In this document: positions 9,858-21,702 of the stretch, piece after piece | Position numbering within the stretch: position 1 is the first letter of the stretch | Layout: each line of letters begins with the position of its first letter | Assembly: GCA_044375625.1 (NCBI GenBank) | Contig: JBILMH010000001.1 | Span: 8,667-72,666 of the forward strand | Direction: 5' to 3' | DNA length: 64,000 nt | Source of the DNA: Alphaproteobacteria bacterium | Lineage (GTDB): Bacteria; Pseudomonadota; Alphaproteobacteria; CAISOG01 | The notes under the pieces: model-generated | Databases searched by the model: none | Seen by the model: only the letters and a program-made list of their open reading frames with translations | Told to the model about the DNA's origin: nothing | Position numbers and translations under genes: made by a program

Positions 9858-9890
9858 CTTTGGAAACGCTACCTTTTTCAAAACTTTGGG

Positions 9891-9917
9891 GCGGGGGTCG
9901 GTATAGAACCCCCGCGC
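9891..9917 (-). terminator. GC hairpin (GCGGGGGT…ACCCCCGC), probable terminator for convergent trpS / pentapeptide gene
   Basis: An 8-bp perfect inverted repeat sits between the convergent gene ends. On the minus strand it is followed by a TTTTG/AAAAA run. Confidence 0.4.
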
Positions 9918-9943
9918 TGTAGGAGAAGTCCGCTTGAAGCGCT

Positions 9944-10948
9944 CTACCGCAAACCCATCCGCTCCATCACCCCCTGCAGGGTGGGTTTGGCGATGGCGTT
10001 GGCATTGGCCGCGCCGGTGGTTAGCACCTGTTGCAGATAGGCCTTGTCGGCCAGCAATTGTTGCATCCGCTGGCCAATCGGGGGCAGGTGATCCACCAAG
10101 GCGGCGGTCAGTTTGGCCTTAAAGCCTGAAAATTGGCCGCCCCCCACTTCGGGCAGCACATCGGCCAGGCTTTTGCCCTGAATGGCGGCATAGATGGTCA
10201 GCAGGTTGCGTGCCTCCGGCCGGTTGGCCAGCCCCGCCGCGTCAGAGGGCAGGGCGTCGGGGTCGGTCTTGGCGCGCTTAATTTTGTCGGCAATGGTGTC
10301 GGCATCGTCCAGCAGGTTGAGGCGCGATTGGTCAGAGGCATCCGACTTGCTCATTTTTTTGGTACCGTCGCGCAGGCTCATCACCCGTGTCGCCTCCCCC
10401 ATCATCAGCGGTTCAGGCAGCGGGAAAAAGTTTTCCCCGAACTGGTGGTTAAAGGCGCCAGCAATGTCGCGGGTCAGCTCCACATGCTGCTTCTGATCCT
10501 CTCCCACCGGCACTTGCGTTGCCTTATACAGCAAAATGTCGGCGGCCATCAGGGCGGGATAGGCCAACAGCCCCAGCCCCGAATTGTCACGATCCTTACC
10601 CGCCTTATCCTTAAACTGCGTCATGCGGTACAGCCAGCCCAGCGGGGTTTGGCATCCCAAAATCCACCCCAATTCGGCATGGCCGCTGACATGGCTTTGC
10701 ACAAAAATGCTGTTGTGGGCGGGATCCAGCCCACAGGCCAGATAGGCCGCCGCCGCCTCCAACACCGCCTGGCGCAGCTTGGCCGGTTCCTGCGCCACCG
10801 TGATAGCGTGCAGGTCAACGACGCAGAACAGGGAGTTTTGCGGGGTGGCGTTCTGGGCACGCGACAGGGCAACCCAGTTGCGGATCGCGCCCAAATAGTT
10901 GCCCAGGTGAATATTGCTGGTCGGCTGAATGCCCGAAAGGATGGTCAT
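9944..10948 (-). CDS. trpS: tryptophan--tRNA ligase
   Basis: Class I HIGH-type motif (NIHLGNYLG) and KMSKS motif (KMSKSD); ~334 aa. Confidence 0.95.
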   Translation of the reverse strand: MTILSGIQPTSNIHLGNYLGAIRNWVALSRAQNATPQNSLFCVVDLHAITVAQEPAKLRQAVLEAAAAYLACGLDPAHNSIFVQSHVSGHAELGWILGCQTPLGWLYRMTQFKDKAGKDRDNSGLGLLAYPALMAADILLYKATQVPVGEDQKQHVELTRDIAGAFNHQFGENFFPLPEPLMMGEATRVMSLRDGTKKMSKSDASDQSRLNLLDDADTIADKIKRAKTDPDALPSDAAGLANRPEARNLLTIYAAIQGKSLADVLPEVGGGQFSGFKAKLTAALVDHLPPIGQRMQQLLADKAYLQQVLTTGAANANAIAKPTLQGVMERMGLR

Positions 10949-12549
10949 GGTTCTAACGTGTTGTTTTGGTTGGAATTGCTAGCTTTGGCCTTGCGCTTGC
11001 TTTTGCCCTTCAGGGGATTAAAGCGCGCCAAATCGCCCCAAGCATAAACCCGCATCCACCCCAACAGCAAGAAGTACAGAGCGCTGGCCGCCGCAATAAT
11101 CACACCAAGGCCGATAACCTTTGCCAGCAGATGCCCGTCCAGATAGGGGGTCAGCAGCGGGCGGGTAAGAGCCAGCAGCAGTGCCATCGACAGGGCGGCT
11201 ATCACGATTTTTTGCAGGGTGTTGCGTAGGCGAAAATCGCCCAACCAATAGCCACGCTTATGCGACAGCCAGGCCAGGGCTGCAACATTGCCCCAGGAGG
11301 ATAGGGCGGTGGCCAGGGCTATGCCAACCTGCGCCATTGGCCAGATCAGCAGCAGCTTTAGGATAAGGCTGGCGCCCAACCCTGCCAGCGCGATTTTCAC
11401 CGGCGTGCGGGTATCACCATGGGCGTAGAACCCTGGCGTAAAGACTTTAATCAGTACATAGGCGGGCAGGCCGATGACATAGGCCTGCAGGGTGGCGGCG
11501 GTGGCGATGGCATCGGTGGGCAGAAATTTGCCGCGCTGAAACAGGGTGACGATAATCGGAAAAGCCAGCAGCAGCAGGCCGATGGCGGCGGGCAGGGTGA
11601 TGGCCAACCCCAACTCTATCGCCCGATTTTGAATATGGTGGCTGCCCTGATGATCGCCATCCGCCAGTTTTTTGGACAACAGCGGAATCAGGCTGGTGCC
11701 CAGGGCAACCCCAATAACGCCCAGCGGCAATTGGTTCAGTCGATCGGCAAAGTACAGATAGGAAATGGCGCCCTGATCCAAATAACTGGCCAGCTGCATA
11801 TCGATAATCACACTAAGGTACAGGCCGCCCGCACCCAGGGAGACGGGCACCATCCGCCGCAACATGGTGCGCACCTCTGGCGTCAGGGCGGGACGGCGCA
11901 GGCGTGGTTGCACCCCTGCCTTTTTGCAAGCGCGCCAGCACCAGGCCAGCTGCAACACACCAGCCAGCGTTATCGACCATGACAGCCAATAGCCCGCCAC
12001 CGCCGCATCCCCAACCCGTAGCAGCATTGCCAGGATCATGACGGCGTTTAACAGGGTTGGCATGCTGGCAGGAACCGCAAAACGCTCATGCGCGTTCAGC
12101 AGGCTGCTAAGCAGGGTGACCAGCGACACAAAAAACAGATAGGGAAAGGTAATGCGGCAAAAATCAATCGCCAGCGCCAAGACATCAGGCTTGCTGCCAA
12201 AACCTGAGGCAAAGGCATGAATGACATAGGGCATCCCGATTTCCACCAGCAGCAGAAAGGGGATTAGCACGGTTACCAACACCGCCAACGCCTGTTCGGC
12301 AAACAACAACGCCCCCTGTTTGCCATCGTTTTTCAGGCATTTGGTGTATTGCGGCACAAAGGCGGCGTTAAACGTACCCTCACCAAAAAATTGGCGAAAA
12401 AAATTGGGCAGGCGAAAGGCTACCAAAAAGGCGTCGGCGATTGGCCCCGCCCCCAACACCGCCGCCAACATCGAATCGCGGATGAATCCGACAACGCGGC
12501 TAAGCATCGTTAGGCCGCTGATGGTGGTAAAGGCTTTGGCAAGGCTCAT
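10945..12549 (-). CDS. murJ: lipid II flippase MurJ (MviN)
   Basis: N-terminus …LSRVVGFIRDSMLAAVLGAGPIADAFLVAFRLPNFFRQFFGEG…; 534 aa and multi-TM. Confidence 0.9.
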   Translation of the reverse strand: MSLAKAFTTISGLTMLSRVVGFIRDSMLAAVLGAGPIADAFLVAFRLPNFFRQFFGEGTFNAAFVPQYTKCLKNDGKQGALLFAEQALAVLVTVLIPFLLLVEIGMPYVIHAFASGFGSKPDVLALAIDFCRITFPYLFFVSLVTLLSSLLNAHERFAVPASMPTLLNAVMILAMLLRVGDAAVAGYWLSWSITLAGVLQLAWCWRACKKAGVQPRLRRPALTPEVRTMLRRMVPVSLGAGGLYLSVIIDMQLASYLDQGAISYLYFADRLNQLPLGVIGVALGTSLIPLLSKKLADGDHQGSHHIQNRAIELGLAITLPAAIGLLLLAFPIIVTLFQRGKFLPTDAIATAATLQAYVIGLPAYVLIKVFTPGFYAHGDTRTPVKIALAGLGASLILKLLLIWPMAQVGIALATALSSWGNVAALAWLSHKRGYWLGDFRLRNTLQKIVIAALSMALLLALTRPLLTPYLDGHLLAKVIGLGVIIAAASALYFLLLGWMRVYAWGDLARFNPLKGKSKRKAKASNSNQNNTLEP

Positions 12550-12573
12550 GAAATTAAACTTAATGAGCGTTGA

Positions 12574-12878
12574 TTAGCCGCCCTGCAGGCTGGTGACCAT
12601 CAGGGTTACGGTATCGTTGGACACTTCATAGAAGCCGCCAGTGGGCAGAAATTCGCGAATCTGCCCATCGGTTAAGGCAACAACCACGGGCTTGCCATCC
12701 AAAATGCCCGCCAAATTGGCATGGTGCACCAAAATTTGCCTCTGGCCAATGCTGTCATGCAACGATACGGATTGCGCGTTCAGCTCAATTGGGGGCTGAT
12801 TGGGGGTCAGCAGGCGCACCAACAACTGTTGATGCTGCCCGCCGCCATCATGACCGCTGGTGGATTGCAATACCGCCA

Positions 12879-12879
<1 letters not shown>
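12574..12879 (-). CDS. atpC: F0F1 ATP synthase subunit epsilon (short form)
   Basis: Beta-sandwich domain pattern (LLVRLLTP…ILVHHANLAGILDGKPVVVAL…GGFYEVSNDTVTLM), immediately after atpD. Confidence 0.75.
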
Positions 12880-14453
<1,574 letters not shown>

Positions 14454-14627
14454 CTAGCTGAAAAAATCGGTGCGACATCAGTTGATCACGTGGCTGATAT
14501 AAACCGTTTTGTCCCAAAGGTTAAGTCAAAAATGCATCGACCTGTGGGATGGTGTTTTTAGTGGCTTTTGCGGGGATAATCGAATCGTCATGAACCATCC
14601 GATTCGGGGCAATTATGCGTGACCTGC

Positions 14628-15113
14628 CTAGCTTTTTTTATAAGCGGCGGCCAGTTGCCCCAAAGTTTCCTGTTGCCGCTTGGCGGCGATTTTGCCTAAA
14701 GAAGGCGGGCGTTCAATCGGTTTGGTCAATTGGCTAATGACAGTGACCGAACCGCTGGACGGCGCGCTGACGGCATCGGGCTGCGTATGACCCCAGGCCT
14801 GAACCACCTGATCAATCTGCTGTGCGGACAGGGCGGCATCAGATTTCGATAGGGAAGCGGAAGAGGTTGCAGGTTTTGCGTCGTTTTTGACTGAACCAGC
14901 GGCTTGTTGGCTAAAGCGATCGGCAATGCCATAGCTTTGCGCCACCTTTGCCACCATGCCAGAAACCGCGCCGTTAAGCCAGGGATCAACAATGGCCAGC
15001 AGCAGGCGGCTATCCTCACGGCAACGCTTACGCAACAACAAACTCGCCCGTTGATAGTCGTTATCGCTATCAGCAAGCGCCTCAAGAACCGCATCGGTTA
15101 GAACAGCAGACAT
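14628..15113 (-). CDS. hypothetical protein (161 aa, Ala/Ser-rich)
   Basis: Clean ORF between ccmF and atpD in the same orientation, with no recognisable motif. It sits where atpG would normally be. Confidence 0.4.
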   Translation of the reverse strand: MSAVLTDAVLEALADSDNDYQRASLLLRKRCREDSRLLLAIVDPWLNGAVSGMVAKVAQSYGIADRFSQQAAGSVKNDAKPATSSASLSKSDAALSAQQIDQVVQAWGHTQPDAVSAPSSGSVTVISQLTKPIERPPSLGKIAAKRQQETLGQLAAAYKKS

Positions 15114-15198
15114 AGAATTAAGAATGGCGCAATTTGGTTAAAAACTTGTTAAGGCAGGGGTGGGAGGGGGGCGCCCGACTTAAGGCGCATGTCTAGCC

Positions 15199-17265
15199 TT
15201 AGAGGGCTGGCGGCTGGTGCGAAATTGGCTTCAAAGATTGCCAGCTGCGGATGGCGCCTAGCCAGGCGGCCAGGGTGGCCAGCACGACTGCCGCCCACAG
15301 CCAACTTATCAGCGGGTTGATCAAGAATTTAATGGTTAAAGTGCCCGCCGCAATATCGGGTTGGCCAATGACCACATACAAATCGCGCCACAGTCCATAA
15401 TCTACGGCTGCCTCGCTGGTTACCATTTCCTCAACCTGATAGTGACGTTTTTCGCTGGTCAGCAAAATGGGGTGGCTGGAAGGATTATGGGCGGGGCGAA
15501 TGGCCACCACCGCCTGCCAAGTGCTATAATTTGCTCCGTTTTGGCCGATAGGAATTTCCCGCAACTGTTGCAGGGTTAGTTGATAGGAACCAGCAACCAC
15601 ACCCTTACCAGGCGCCAGTTTGACGATATAGGATTGCTGCCACAAGCTGGCGCCAACCATGCCGATAGCCGCCAACCCCGCGGCCAAATGTGCCAAAGCC
15701 ATAACCCGCCGTTGAGGTCGCCAAATCGGCGCCCAATTTTGGATAATTGCCAGTCCCCCCATGGCAACAATCACACCCCCCGCTATCCAATGCCAACCAA
15801 TCCACAGATTCAGTACGCTGGCCAAGACCAACAAAGCCAGGGCTGGCCAACGGTATCGCTTTAGGCCAGGTGATGTTGGTGATTTATCGGTTCGCGCCAA
15901 ATGTGGCAATCCGACCACCCCGCCTAGCAACAACAACAACAGGGGCACCACCATCTGCTGATAAAAATCGCCCGCCACCGCCATCGGGGAATCGGTAACC
16001 GTCTGATGCAGCAGGGGATAGGCGGTGCCCAGCAGCACGGTGACAGCGGTTAAGGCAAAAATTAAATAGCCAAACAACAGCCAGGCCGATGGCGAAAGCC
16101 AGGAGGTTTTGGTCGCCACGGGGGCTGTTGGGGCAACGGGGACGCGCAACGCGAATAAAGCAAGGCTGGCCAGGGTGACCACCGCCGTAATGGCCAGCAG
16201 CACACTACCCCTGGCAGGATCCAGGGCAAAGGCGTGGACAGAGGTTAACAGGCCGGATCGTACCAAAAACATCGCCAACAGCGTGCTGCCCAAGGTAAAA
16301 ATCGCCAAAAGATGGGGGGCAGATGCCCATGCAGCTTCCTGCACAGCTTGCACCTGTTGTTGACCCTGCTGCTGTTCTGATGGCTGTCGTTGCAAATTCA
16401 GGGCGTGCATCAGGGCGCTGGCAAACAGCCAGGGAATCAGTGCGGCATTCTCCACCGGATCCCAAAACCACCACCCGCCCCAGCCCAATTCCCGATAAGC
16501 CCACCAACTGCCCAGCGCGATCCCCAACGTTAACCACCCCCAGGATAGCAACAGCCATGGGCGCGCTAGGATTGTCCAGGCTGGTTCATCCCCGCTGCTT
16601 TCAGACGATGCGGTTGATACGGTGGTGGCGGCGAATGGGGTAGGGCAATGGTTGCCCAACAAGGCCGCTATCGATAGGGCAAAAGCGATGGTGATTCCTG
16701 TCAGGCCAAGGTACAGCACGGGGGGATGGATGGCCAGGCCAATATCCTGCAGCAAGGGGTTTAAGCCAGCGCCAGATTTAGGCGCAATCGGCAACCGCCA
16801 AAATGGGTTGGAAAGGATTAAGGCATAGCCTGTCAGCAGGATTTGTAGCCCCCCCAGAACCGCTAAGGCACGGCCAGTTAGCTTAGGAGCCAATCGTTGC
16901 GCGGGATGCCAGGCCAGCGCCGCCGCATATAATCCCATCCACAGCAGCCACAACAGCAGGGATCCCTCATGATTGCCCCAGGCGCCCGTGATGCGATACA
17001 GCAACGGGGCGTTGGCGTTGGTGTTTTGGGCGACATTCGCCAGGCTAAGGTCAACATTGACATAGGCCGCAATCAGACTGGCCATCGATAGGGTTAGGAC
17101 TGTGGCGTTTAGGCCAGCAATTTCAGGCAAAAAGCTGCTGAATCTTGGCCAAAAGCGACTGCCCGCCAACAGCTGTAGCCCTGCCAGACACAGGCTAAGC
17201 TGCAAAAGGGTTTGTCCCAAGTCACCGAAATCAACAAAACTGGTCATTATAGGGGCGTTTTCCAA
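15199..17265 (-). CDS. ccmF: cytochrome c-type biogenesis protein CcmF (heme lyase subunit)
   Basis: WWD-domain motif WGGWWFWDPVENAALIPWL; 688 aa polytopic membrane protein. Confidence 0.9.
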   Translation of the reverse strand: MENAPIMTSFVDFGDLGQTLLQLSLCLAGLQLLAGSRFWPRFSSFLPEIAGLNATVLTLSMASLIAAYVNVDLSLANVAQNTNANAPLLYRITGAWGNHEGSLLLWLLWMGLYAAALAWHPAQRLAPKLTGRALAVLGGLQILLTGYALILSNPFWRLPIAPKSGAGLNPLLQDIGLAIHPPVLYLGLTGITIAFALSIAALLGNHCPTPFAATTVSTASSESSGDEPAWTILARPWLLLSWGWLTLGIALGSWWAYRELGWGGWWFWDPVENAALIPWLFASALMHALNLQRQPSEQQQGQQQVQAVQEAAWASAPHLLAIFTLGSTLLAMFLVRSGLLTSVHAFALDPARGSVLLAITAVVTLASLALFALRVPVAPTAPVATKTSWLSPSAWLLFGYLIFALTAVTVLLGTAYPLLHQTVTDSPMAVAGDFYQQMVVPLLLLLLGGVVGLPHLARTDKSPTSPGLKRYRWPALALLVLASVLNLWIGWHWIAGGVIVAMGGLAIIQNWAPIWRPQRRVMALAHLAAGLAAIGMVGASLWQQSYIVKLAPGKGVVAGSYQLTLQQLREIPIGQNGANYSTWQAVVAIRPAHNPSSHPILLTSEKRHYQVEEMVTSEAAVDYGLWRDLYVVIGQPDIAAGTLTIKFLINPLISWLWAAVVLATLAAWLGAIRSWQSLKPISHQPPAL

Positions 17266-17419
17266 AAAAATGATGCTGTGGGCGGGTGCGAGTTATGGAT
17301 GATGCGTGAGGCGACTGCTAGGCTTAAGTTTTTGTTAAGCGCCTAAGGCATAAACTGATTTTGGTCAATGGTCGCATTTTCTCCTGCCATTTTCTTTTGC
17401 ACTTTATTTTGAGAATTTA

Positions 17420-17752
17420 ATGCCATCTGGATTCCTTCACCATCTATTTATGCAGTTTGATGCTATAGCCAAACGCCTGCCAGAAGATACTACAAAGGCT
17501 GGCGAAGGCATGCGGGAGGGTGTCCCATCCTGGTTCATTTTGTATGGATTGGATGAGCCAGGGGGGGAGCGGTTGCAGCAAAAGCACTTCAAAAGCTCAG
17601 GAATCACGGTAGATCAAATCAAATCCACCGAGGCCTTTAAAAATCTTATTGCGATAGGGGATCGGGCGGGTTTTCGCCTGGAATTGTCTGAGCAGGTTGA
17701 TCCCAATGACAGTGTTCCCGTCTATCTTTTGGTCGTAAGCGGCTGGGTTTAG
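17420..17752 (+). CDS. hypothetical small protein (110 aa) immediately upstream of pentapeptide-repeat gene
   Basis: ORF in a lower-GC pocket that ends 6 bp before the next gene start. No known motif. Confidence 0.4.
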   Translation: MPSGFLHHLFMQFDAIAKRLPEDTTKAGEGMREGVPSWFILYGLDEPGGERLQQKHFKSSGITVDQIKSTEAFKNLIAIGDRAGFRLELSEQVDPNDSVPVYLLVVSGWV

Positions 17753-17758
17753 GGGGCA

Positions 17759-19039
17759 ATGGCCATGACCAATCAATTGACAGATATCGAAAAAAAAATC
17801 CTGGAACACGAAGCGTGGGTTGATGGAGAGGAAACAGGATCTCGTTTGGTGCTTTCTGGTCGGTCCTTAGCAAGAATCCAAATGCCTAATCGCATGCTTA
17901 AGTCGGCAAAAATGATGGGTTGTGATCTGCAAGAGGGCAATTTTGCAGGAACCGATCTAAGTTTTTCAGATTTGTTTTGTTCCAATTTGGAACGCGCCAA
18001 TTTTTCCGAAGCCAATTTGATGCGTGCCAGCATGCGTGGGGTTAAAATTCGTAACGCCAATCTACGTGGAGCCAATTTAACGGAGGCCGATTTGCGGGCG
18101 GGGGCGATTGTTCGCCATGTTAATGAGGCCGCGGAAGAGGTCAGGACGGATCTGTCGTTCAGTCGGTTGGATGACGCCGTTATGCCCAATGTTAATCTAA
18201 ATGGCGCGGATTTGCGCAATGCCATCATGACAGGTGCTAACCTTAAAGGGGCTTATCTGCGCGGATGCAACTTGAGTTCCGTGGATTTGCGTAATGCGGA
18301 TTTATCCAATGTGGACTTGTCCAATGCTGATTTAAGCTTTGCCAATCTTAAGGGGTCATCCCTAAGCTATGCTGTCATCAGTCGTACCAGTTTTGACAAC
18401 GCTGTTGTTGATAATATGGATATCACGGGCACAGTCTTTGATGATAGCGCCCCGGCTGAACTGGTTGACATGCTGCAAGATAAAAGCCGCAACCAACCCC
18501 GCAAATTGGATGAGGTGTTGGCCAACCATGTGCAATGGATTGATTCACAGGGTGCCAAGGGGCAGCGGGCGATATTGGTCAAACGGGATCTTAGTAGTTT
18601 TGATTTGAATCATGTCAATCTTAGTGGGGCTGATTTACAAGAAGTTTTACTAATTGAGGCCAATTTGTTCCGTGCACTTTTGGTCATGACGAATCTTAGT
18701 GCCGCCAACTTGCGGGATGCCAATCTGTCCAAAGCCAATTTGGCTGGTGCCAATTTAACAGGTGCTGACCTTAGCCATGCCGATCTTAGAGATGCTGTTC
18801 TTAAGGCTATCATTTCGCGTGCCAGTAGTGCGCTCCCAGGTTCCAAATTGTGGCCAACCAACCTTAGCAATGCCAGGTTGGTGAACAGCAATCTTAATGG
18901 CGTGAATTTGACGGGGGCAAACCTGGCTGGTGCTGACCTTCGGGGAGCCAGCCTGCGTCGCGCCGTGCTTATAGGTGCCAATCTGACGGGGGCTAATATC
19001 GATAAAGCCGACTTCACCGATGCCATTTTGAAACAATAG
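17759..19039 (+). CDS. pentapeptide-repeat protein (426 aa), paralog of 53353..54723
   Basis: Long runs of A(D/N)LxxANLxGADLxxA…, with a central non-repeat linker (HVQWIDSQGAKGQRA). GC is lower than the flanks. Confidence 0.8.
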   Translation: MAMTNQLTDIEKKILEHEAWVDGEETGSRLVLSGRSLARIQMPNRMLKSAKMMGCDLQEGNFAGTDLSFSDLFCSNLERANFSEANLMRASMRGVKIRNANLRGANLTEADLRAGAIVRHVNEAAEEVRTDLSFSRLDDAVMPNVNLNGADLRNAIMTGANLKGAYLRGCNLSSVDLRNADLSNVDLSNADLSFANLKGSSLSYAVISRTSFDNAVVDNMDITGTVFDDSAPAELVDMLQDKSRNQPRKLDEVLANHVQWIDSQGAKGQRAILVKRDLSSFDLNHVNLSGADLQEVLLIEANLFRALLVMTNLSAANLRDANLSKANLAGANLTGADLSHADLRDAVLKAIISRASSALPGSKLWPTNLSNARLVNSNLNGVNLTGANLAGADLRGASLRRAVLIGANLTGANIDKADFTDAILKQ

Positions 19040-19294
19040 AGTGGATTGTTTGGGACTGTTTCTGGCTTTATGATTCTATAAGCAATTAAAAAACAATGAT
19101 TTTTTAATCGGGCTTGGCAGAGAGACGCGATTTGTTTATAGTCCGTTCCTATGGCTGTTCGATACACCAACGATCTTCCGATCCTATGCTTAACCAACCA
19201 GGCATTCATGCAGACGTTTACGCTAACCCCGTTTGCGTCTAAAGGAATGACTTCGTTAGGCGCCTGAGTCACCCTTTAGCTGTTAATGGTCGCA

Positions 19295-19756
19295 ATGCCC
19301 AAACCCAAACTGCTGCTGTTGCATGGTCCCAACCTAAATATGTTAGGTTTGCGTGAACCATCGATTTACGGATCGGTGACGATGGCGCAAATTGATCAAC
19401 GCTGCCAACAATTGGCATCTGAGCTGGGCTATGACCTTAACTGCCGCCAAAGCAACCATGAGGGGCAGTTGGTTGATTGGTTGCAGGCAGCCGCAGGCGA
19501 ATTTGTCGGCATTGTCATCAATCCTGGTGCCTACAGCCACAGTTCAATTGCCTTGCTGGATGCCATCCGCGCGATTAGCATTCCTGTTGTCGAGGTGCAT
19601 TTGTCCAACATCCATGCGCGGGAGGCTTTTCGAAGCCACAGCGTGACGGCGGCCGGCGTTGTTGGCCTTATCAGTGGCTTTGGTGCCGACAGTTACCTGC
19701 TGGGCGTTCGCGCCGTGGCACAGTTGTTGGCCGATTCTGTTTCTTCTTCATCCTAA
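19295..19756 (+). CDS. aroQ: type II 3-dehydroquinate dehydratase
   Basis: …[21 protein letters not shown]…[16 protein letters not shown]… (DHquinase II signatures). Confidence 0.9.
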   Translation: MPKPKLLLLHGPNLNMLGLREPSIYGSVTMAQIDQRCQQLASELGYDLNCRQSNHEGQLVDWLQAAAGEFVGIVINPGAYSHSSIALLDAIRAISIPVVEVHLSNIHAREAFRSHSVTAAGVVGLISGFGADSYLLGVRAVAQLLADSVSSSS

Positions 19757-19767
19757 CCATCTATTGA

Positions 19768-20265
19768 GTGACCCCTATGACTGCTTTAGCCGATCTTGAC
19801 CGCAAATTGCTTCGCCAGCTGGCCGAACTTATCAACGATACTGGCCTTTCAGAAATTGAGGTGCAGTCGGGCGATTTCCGCCTAAGGCTGGCCAAACAGA
19901 TTACGGTGCAGGCCACGGTGCCCGTTGCTGCCCCTGCCGCTTCTGCCGTGGCGGTTCATGCGCCAGCGCCCGCTGCTGAGGCTGCTGCGGTTACAGCGGA
20001 TCCCGCCAAGCCTGTGATTGGCCCCGACCATGTAGGCGCCGTGTTGTCGCCGATGGTGGGCACGGTCTATCTGGCTTCTGAGCCTACCTCACCGCCCTTT
20101 GTAAAGGTTGGCGATACGGTAGAGCAGGGACAAACCCTGTTAATTGTTGAGGCGATGAAGGTGATGAACCCGATTCAGGCGCCGCGTGCAGGCAAGGTCA
20201 CGCACATCATGGTCACCAATGGTATTCCGATTGAGTTCGGCGAGCTGTTGATGATTATTGAATAG
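19768..20265 (+). CDS. accB: acetyl-CoA carboxylase biotin carboxyl carrier protein
   Basis: Biotinyl-lysine motif EAMKVMNPIQAP at the C-terminus, with an Ala/Pro-rich linker. It lies upstream of accC. Confidence 0.9.
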   Translation: MTPMTALADLDRKLLRQLAELINDTGLSEIEVQSGDFRLRLAKQITVQATVPVAAPAASAVAVHAPAPAAEAAAVTADPAKPVIGPDHVGAVLSPMVGTVYLASEPTSPPFVKVGDTVEQGQTLLIVEAMKVMNPIQAPRAGKVTHIMVTNGIPIEFGELLMIIE

Positions 20266-20311
20266 CATTAGCTTACGACAACGTACCGAACATTTTATTT
20301 AGGTTAGACGC

Positions 20312-21670
20312 ATGATTGCCAAACTTTTGATTGCCAACCGTGGGGAAATCGCCCTGCGTATCCATCGCGCCGCTAAGGAGCTGGGTATGGCAACCGTTGC
20401 CGTCCATTCCACCGCGGACGCCGATGCCATGCATGTGCGGTTGGCGGATGAAAGCGTTTGCATCGGCCCCGCCGCCAGTAAGGATAGCTACCTGAATATG
20501 CCAGCGATCCTGTCGGCGGCCGCCATCACGGGGGCGGATGCCATTCACCCTGGCATTGGCTTTTTAGCCGAAAATGCCCGCTTTGCGGAGATGGTGGAGG
20601 ATCACGGCCTGATTTTTGTGGGGCCCAGCGCGGAACATATCCTGTTGATGGGCGATAAACTGACGGCTAAAGAGGCCGCAACCAAGCTGGGCATTCCGAT
20701 TGTGCCGGGCACGCCCGAACCGGTGGAGGAGGATGCGGTGGCCTTAGCCTTTGCTGAGGAGGTTGGCTATCCCGTGCTGGTGAAGGCGGCTGGTGGCGGG
20801 GGCGGTAAGGGCATGAAGGTGGTGATGACAGCTGAGGAAATGCCAGAATCGCTGTCGATTGCCCGTCGTGAGGCGCAAACCCATTTTGGCAACCCCGCGG
20901 TTTATATCGAAAAATACTTGCCCAGCCCGCGCCATATTGAGGTGCAGATTCTGGCCGATAAATTCGGCAACGCTGTCCATTTGGGGGAACGCGATTGCAG
21001 CCTGCAACGCCGCCACCAGAAGTTGTTGGAGGAGGCGCCTTCGCCCATCCTGACCCCTGAGCAGCGGGCAGAGCTGGGCACGCAATGCGTTAACGCGGTT
21101 AAGGAGCTGGGATACTACGGCGTCGGAACCTTTGAGTTTTTGTATCAGGATGGCCAGTTTTATTTCATCGAAATGAACACCAGGTTGCAGGTGGAACATC
21201 CCGTGACCGAGATGATCACCGGCATTGATTTGGTGCGCCAACAGCTGTTGGTGGCGGCTGGTGAAAAACTGCCGTTCAAACAAAAGGATATTAAATTCAC
21301 GGGGCACGCAATGGAATGCCGTTTGAACGCCGAAAACCCAATTAGCTTTGCCCCCCGTCCTGGCAAAATTAGCGATTACCATGCCCCTGGCGGCTTTGGG
21401 GTGCGGGTCGATTCGGCGCTGTACAACGGCTATAGGGTGCCCTCCCACTACGACAGTTTGGTCGCCAAGCTGATCGTCCACGGCAATGACCGCGCCACCT
21501 GCGTCGATCGGCTAAAGCGGGCATTGGGCGAATTTGTGATTCTGGGGATTGAAACCACGCTGCCGCTGTTCCAACGGCTGTTGGAGGATCCCGACTTCCT
21601 GGCCAGCAATTTTGATGTTAAATGGTTGGAGGGCTTCGTCGCCGAACTTCAGGAGAAAAAGGCGGCTTAG
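20312..21670 (+). CDS. accC: acetyl-CoA carboxylase biotin carboxylase subunit
   Basis: ATP-grasp protein starting MIAKLLIANRGEIALRI… (canonical AccC start); ~452 aa. Confidence 0.95.
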   Translation: MIAKLLIANRGEIALRIHRAAKELGMATVAVHSTADADAMHVRLADESVCIGPAASKDSYLNMPAILSAAAITGADAIHPGIGFLAENARFAEMVEDHGLIFVGPSAEHILLMGDKLTAKEAATKLGIPIVPGTPEPVEEDAVALAFAEEVGYPVLVKAAGGGGGKGMKVVMTAEEMPESLSIARREAQTHFGNPAVYIEKYLPSPRHIEVQILADKFGNAVHLGERDCSLQRRHQKLLEEAPSPILTPEQRAELGTQCVNAVKELGYYGVGTFEFLYQDGQFYFIEMNTRLQVEHPVTEMITGIDLVRQQLLVAAGEKLPFKQKDIKFTGHAMECRLNAENPISFAPRPGKISDYHAPGGFGVRVDSALYNGYRVPSHYDSLVAKLIVHGNDRATCVDRLKRALGEFVILGIETTLPLFQRLLEDPDFLASNFDVKWLEGFVAELQEKKAA

Positions 21671-21702
21671 ATATTTGAAAAATTTTTGAAGGACGGCTGA
21701 TT

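Noticed and set aside
18610-19272. 220-aa minus-strand ORF (and 17773..18228, 53520..53783, 54252..54503, 9317..9715) with RLAPVKFAP-type repeats
   Set aside because: These are antisense reading frames of the pentapeptide-repeat genes. The repeat periodicity keeps the opposite strand open, so they are not independent genes.
20744-21481. 245-aa minus-strand ORF within accC
   Set aside because: It is an antisense frame of the strongly supported accC gene.
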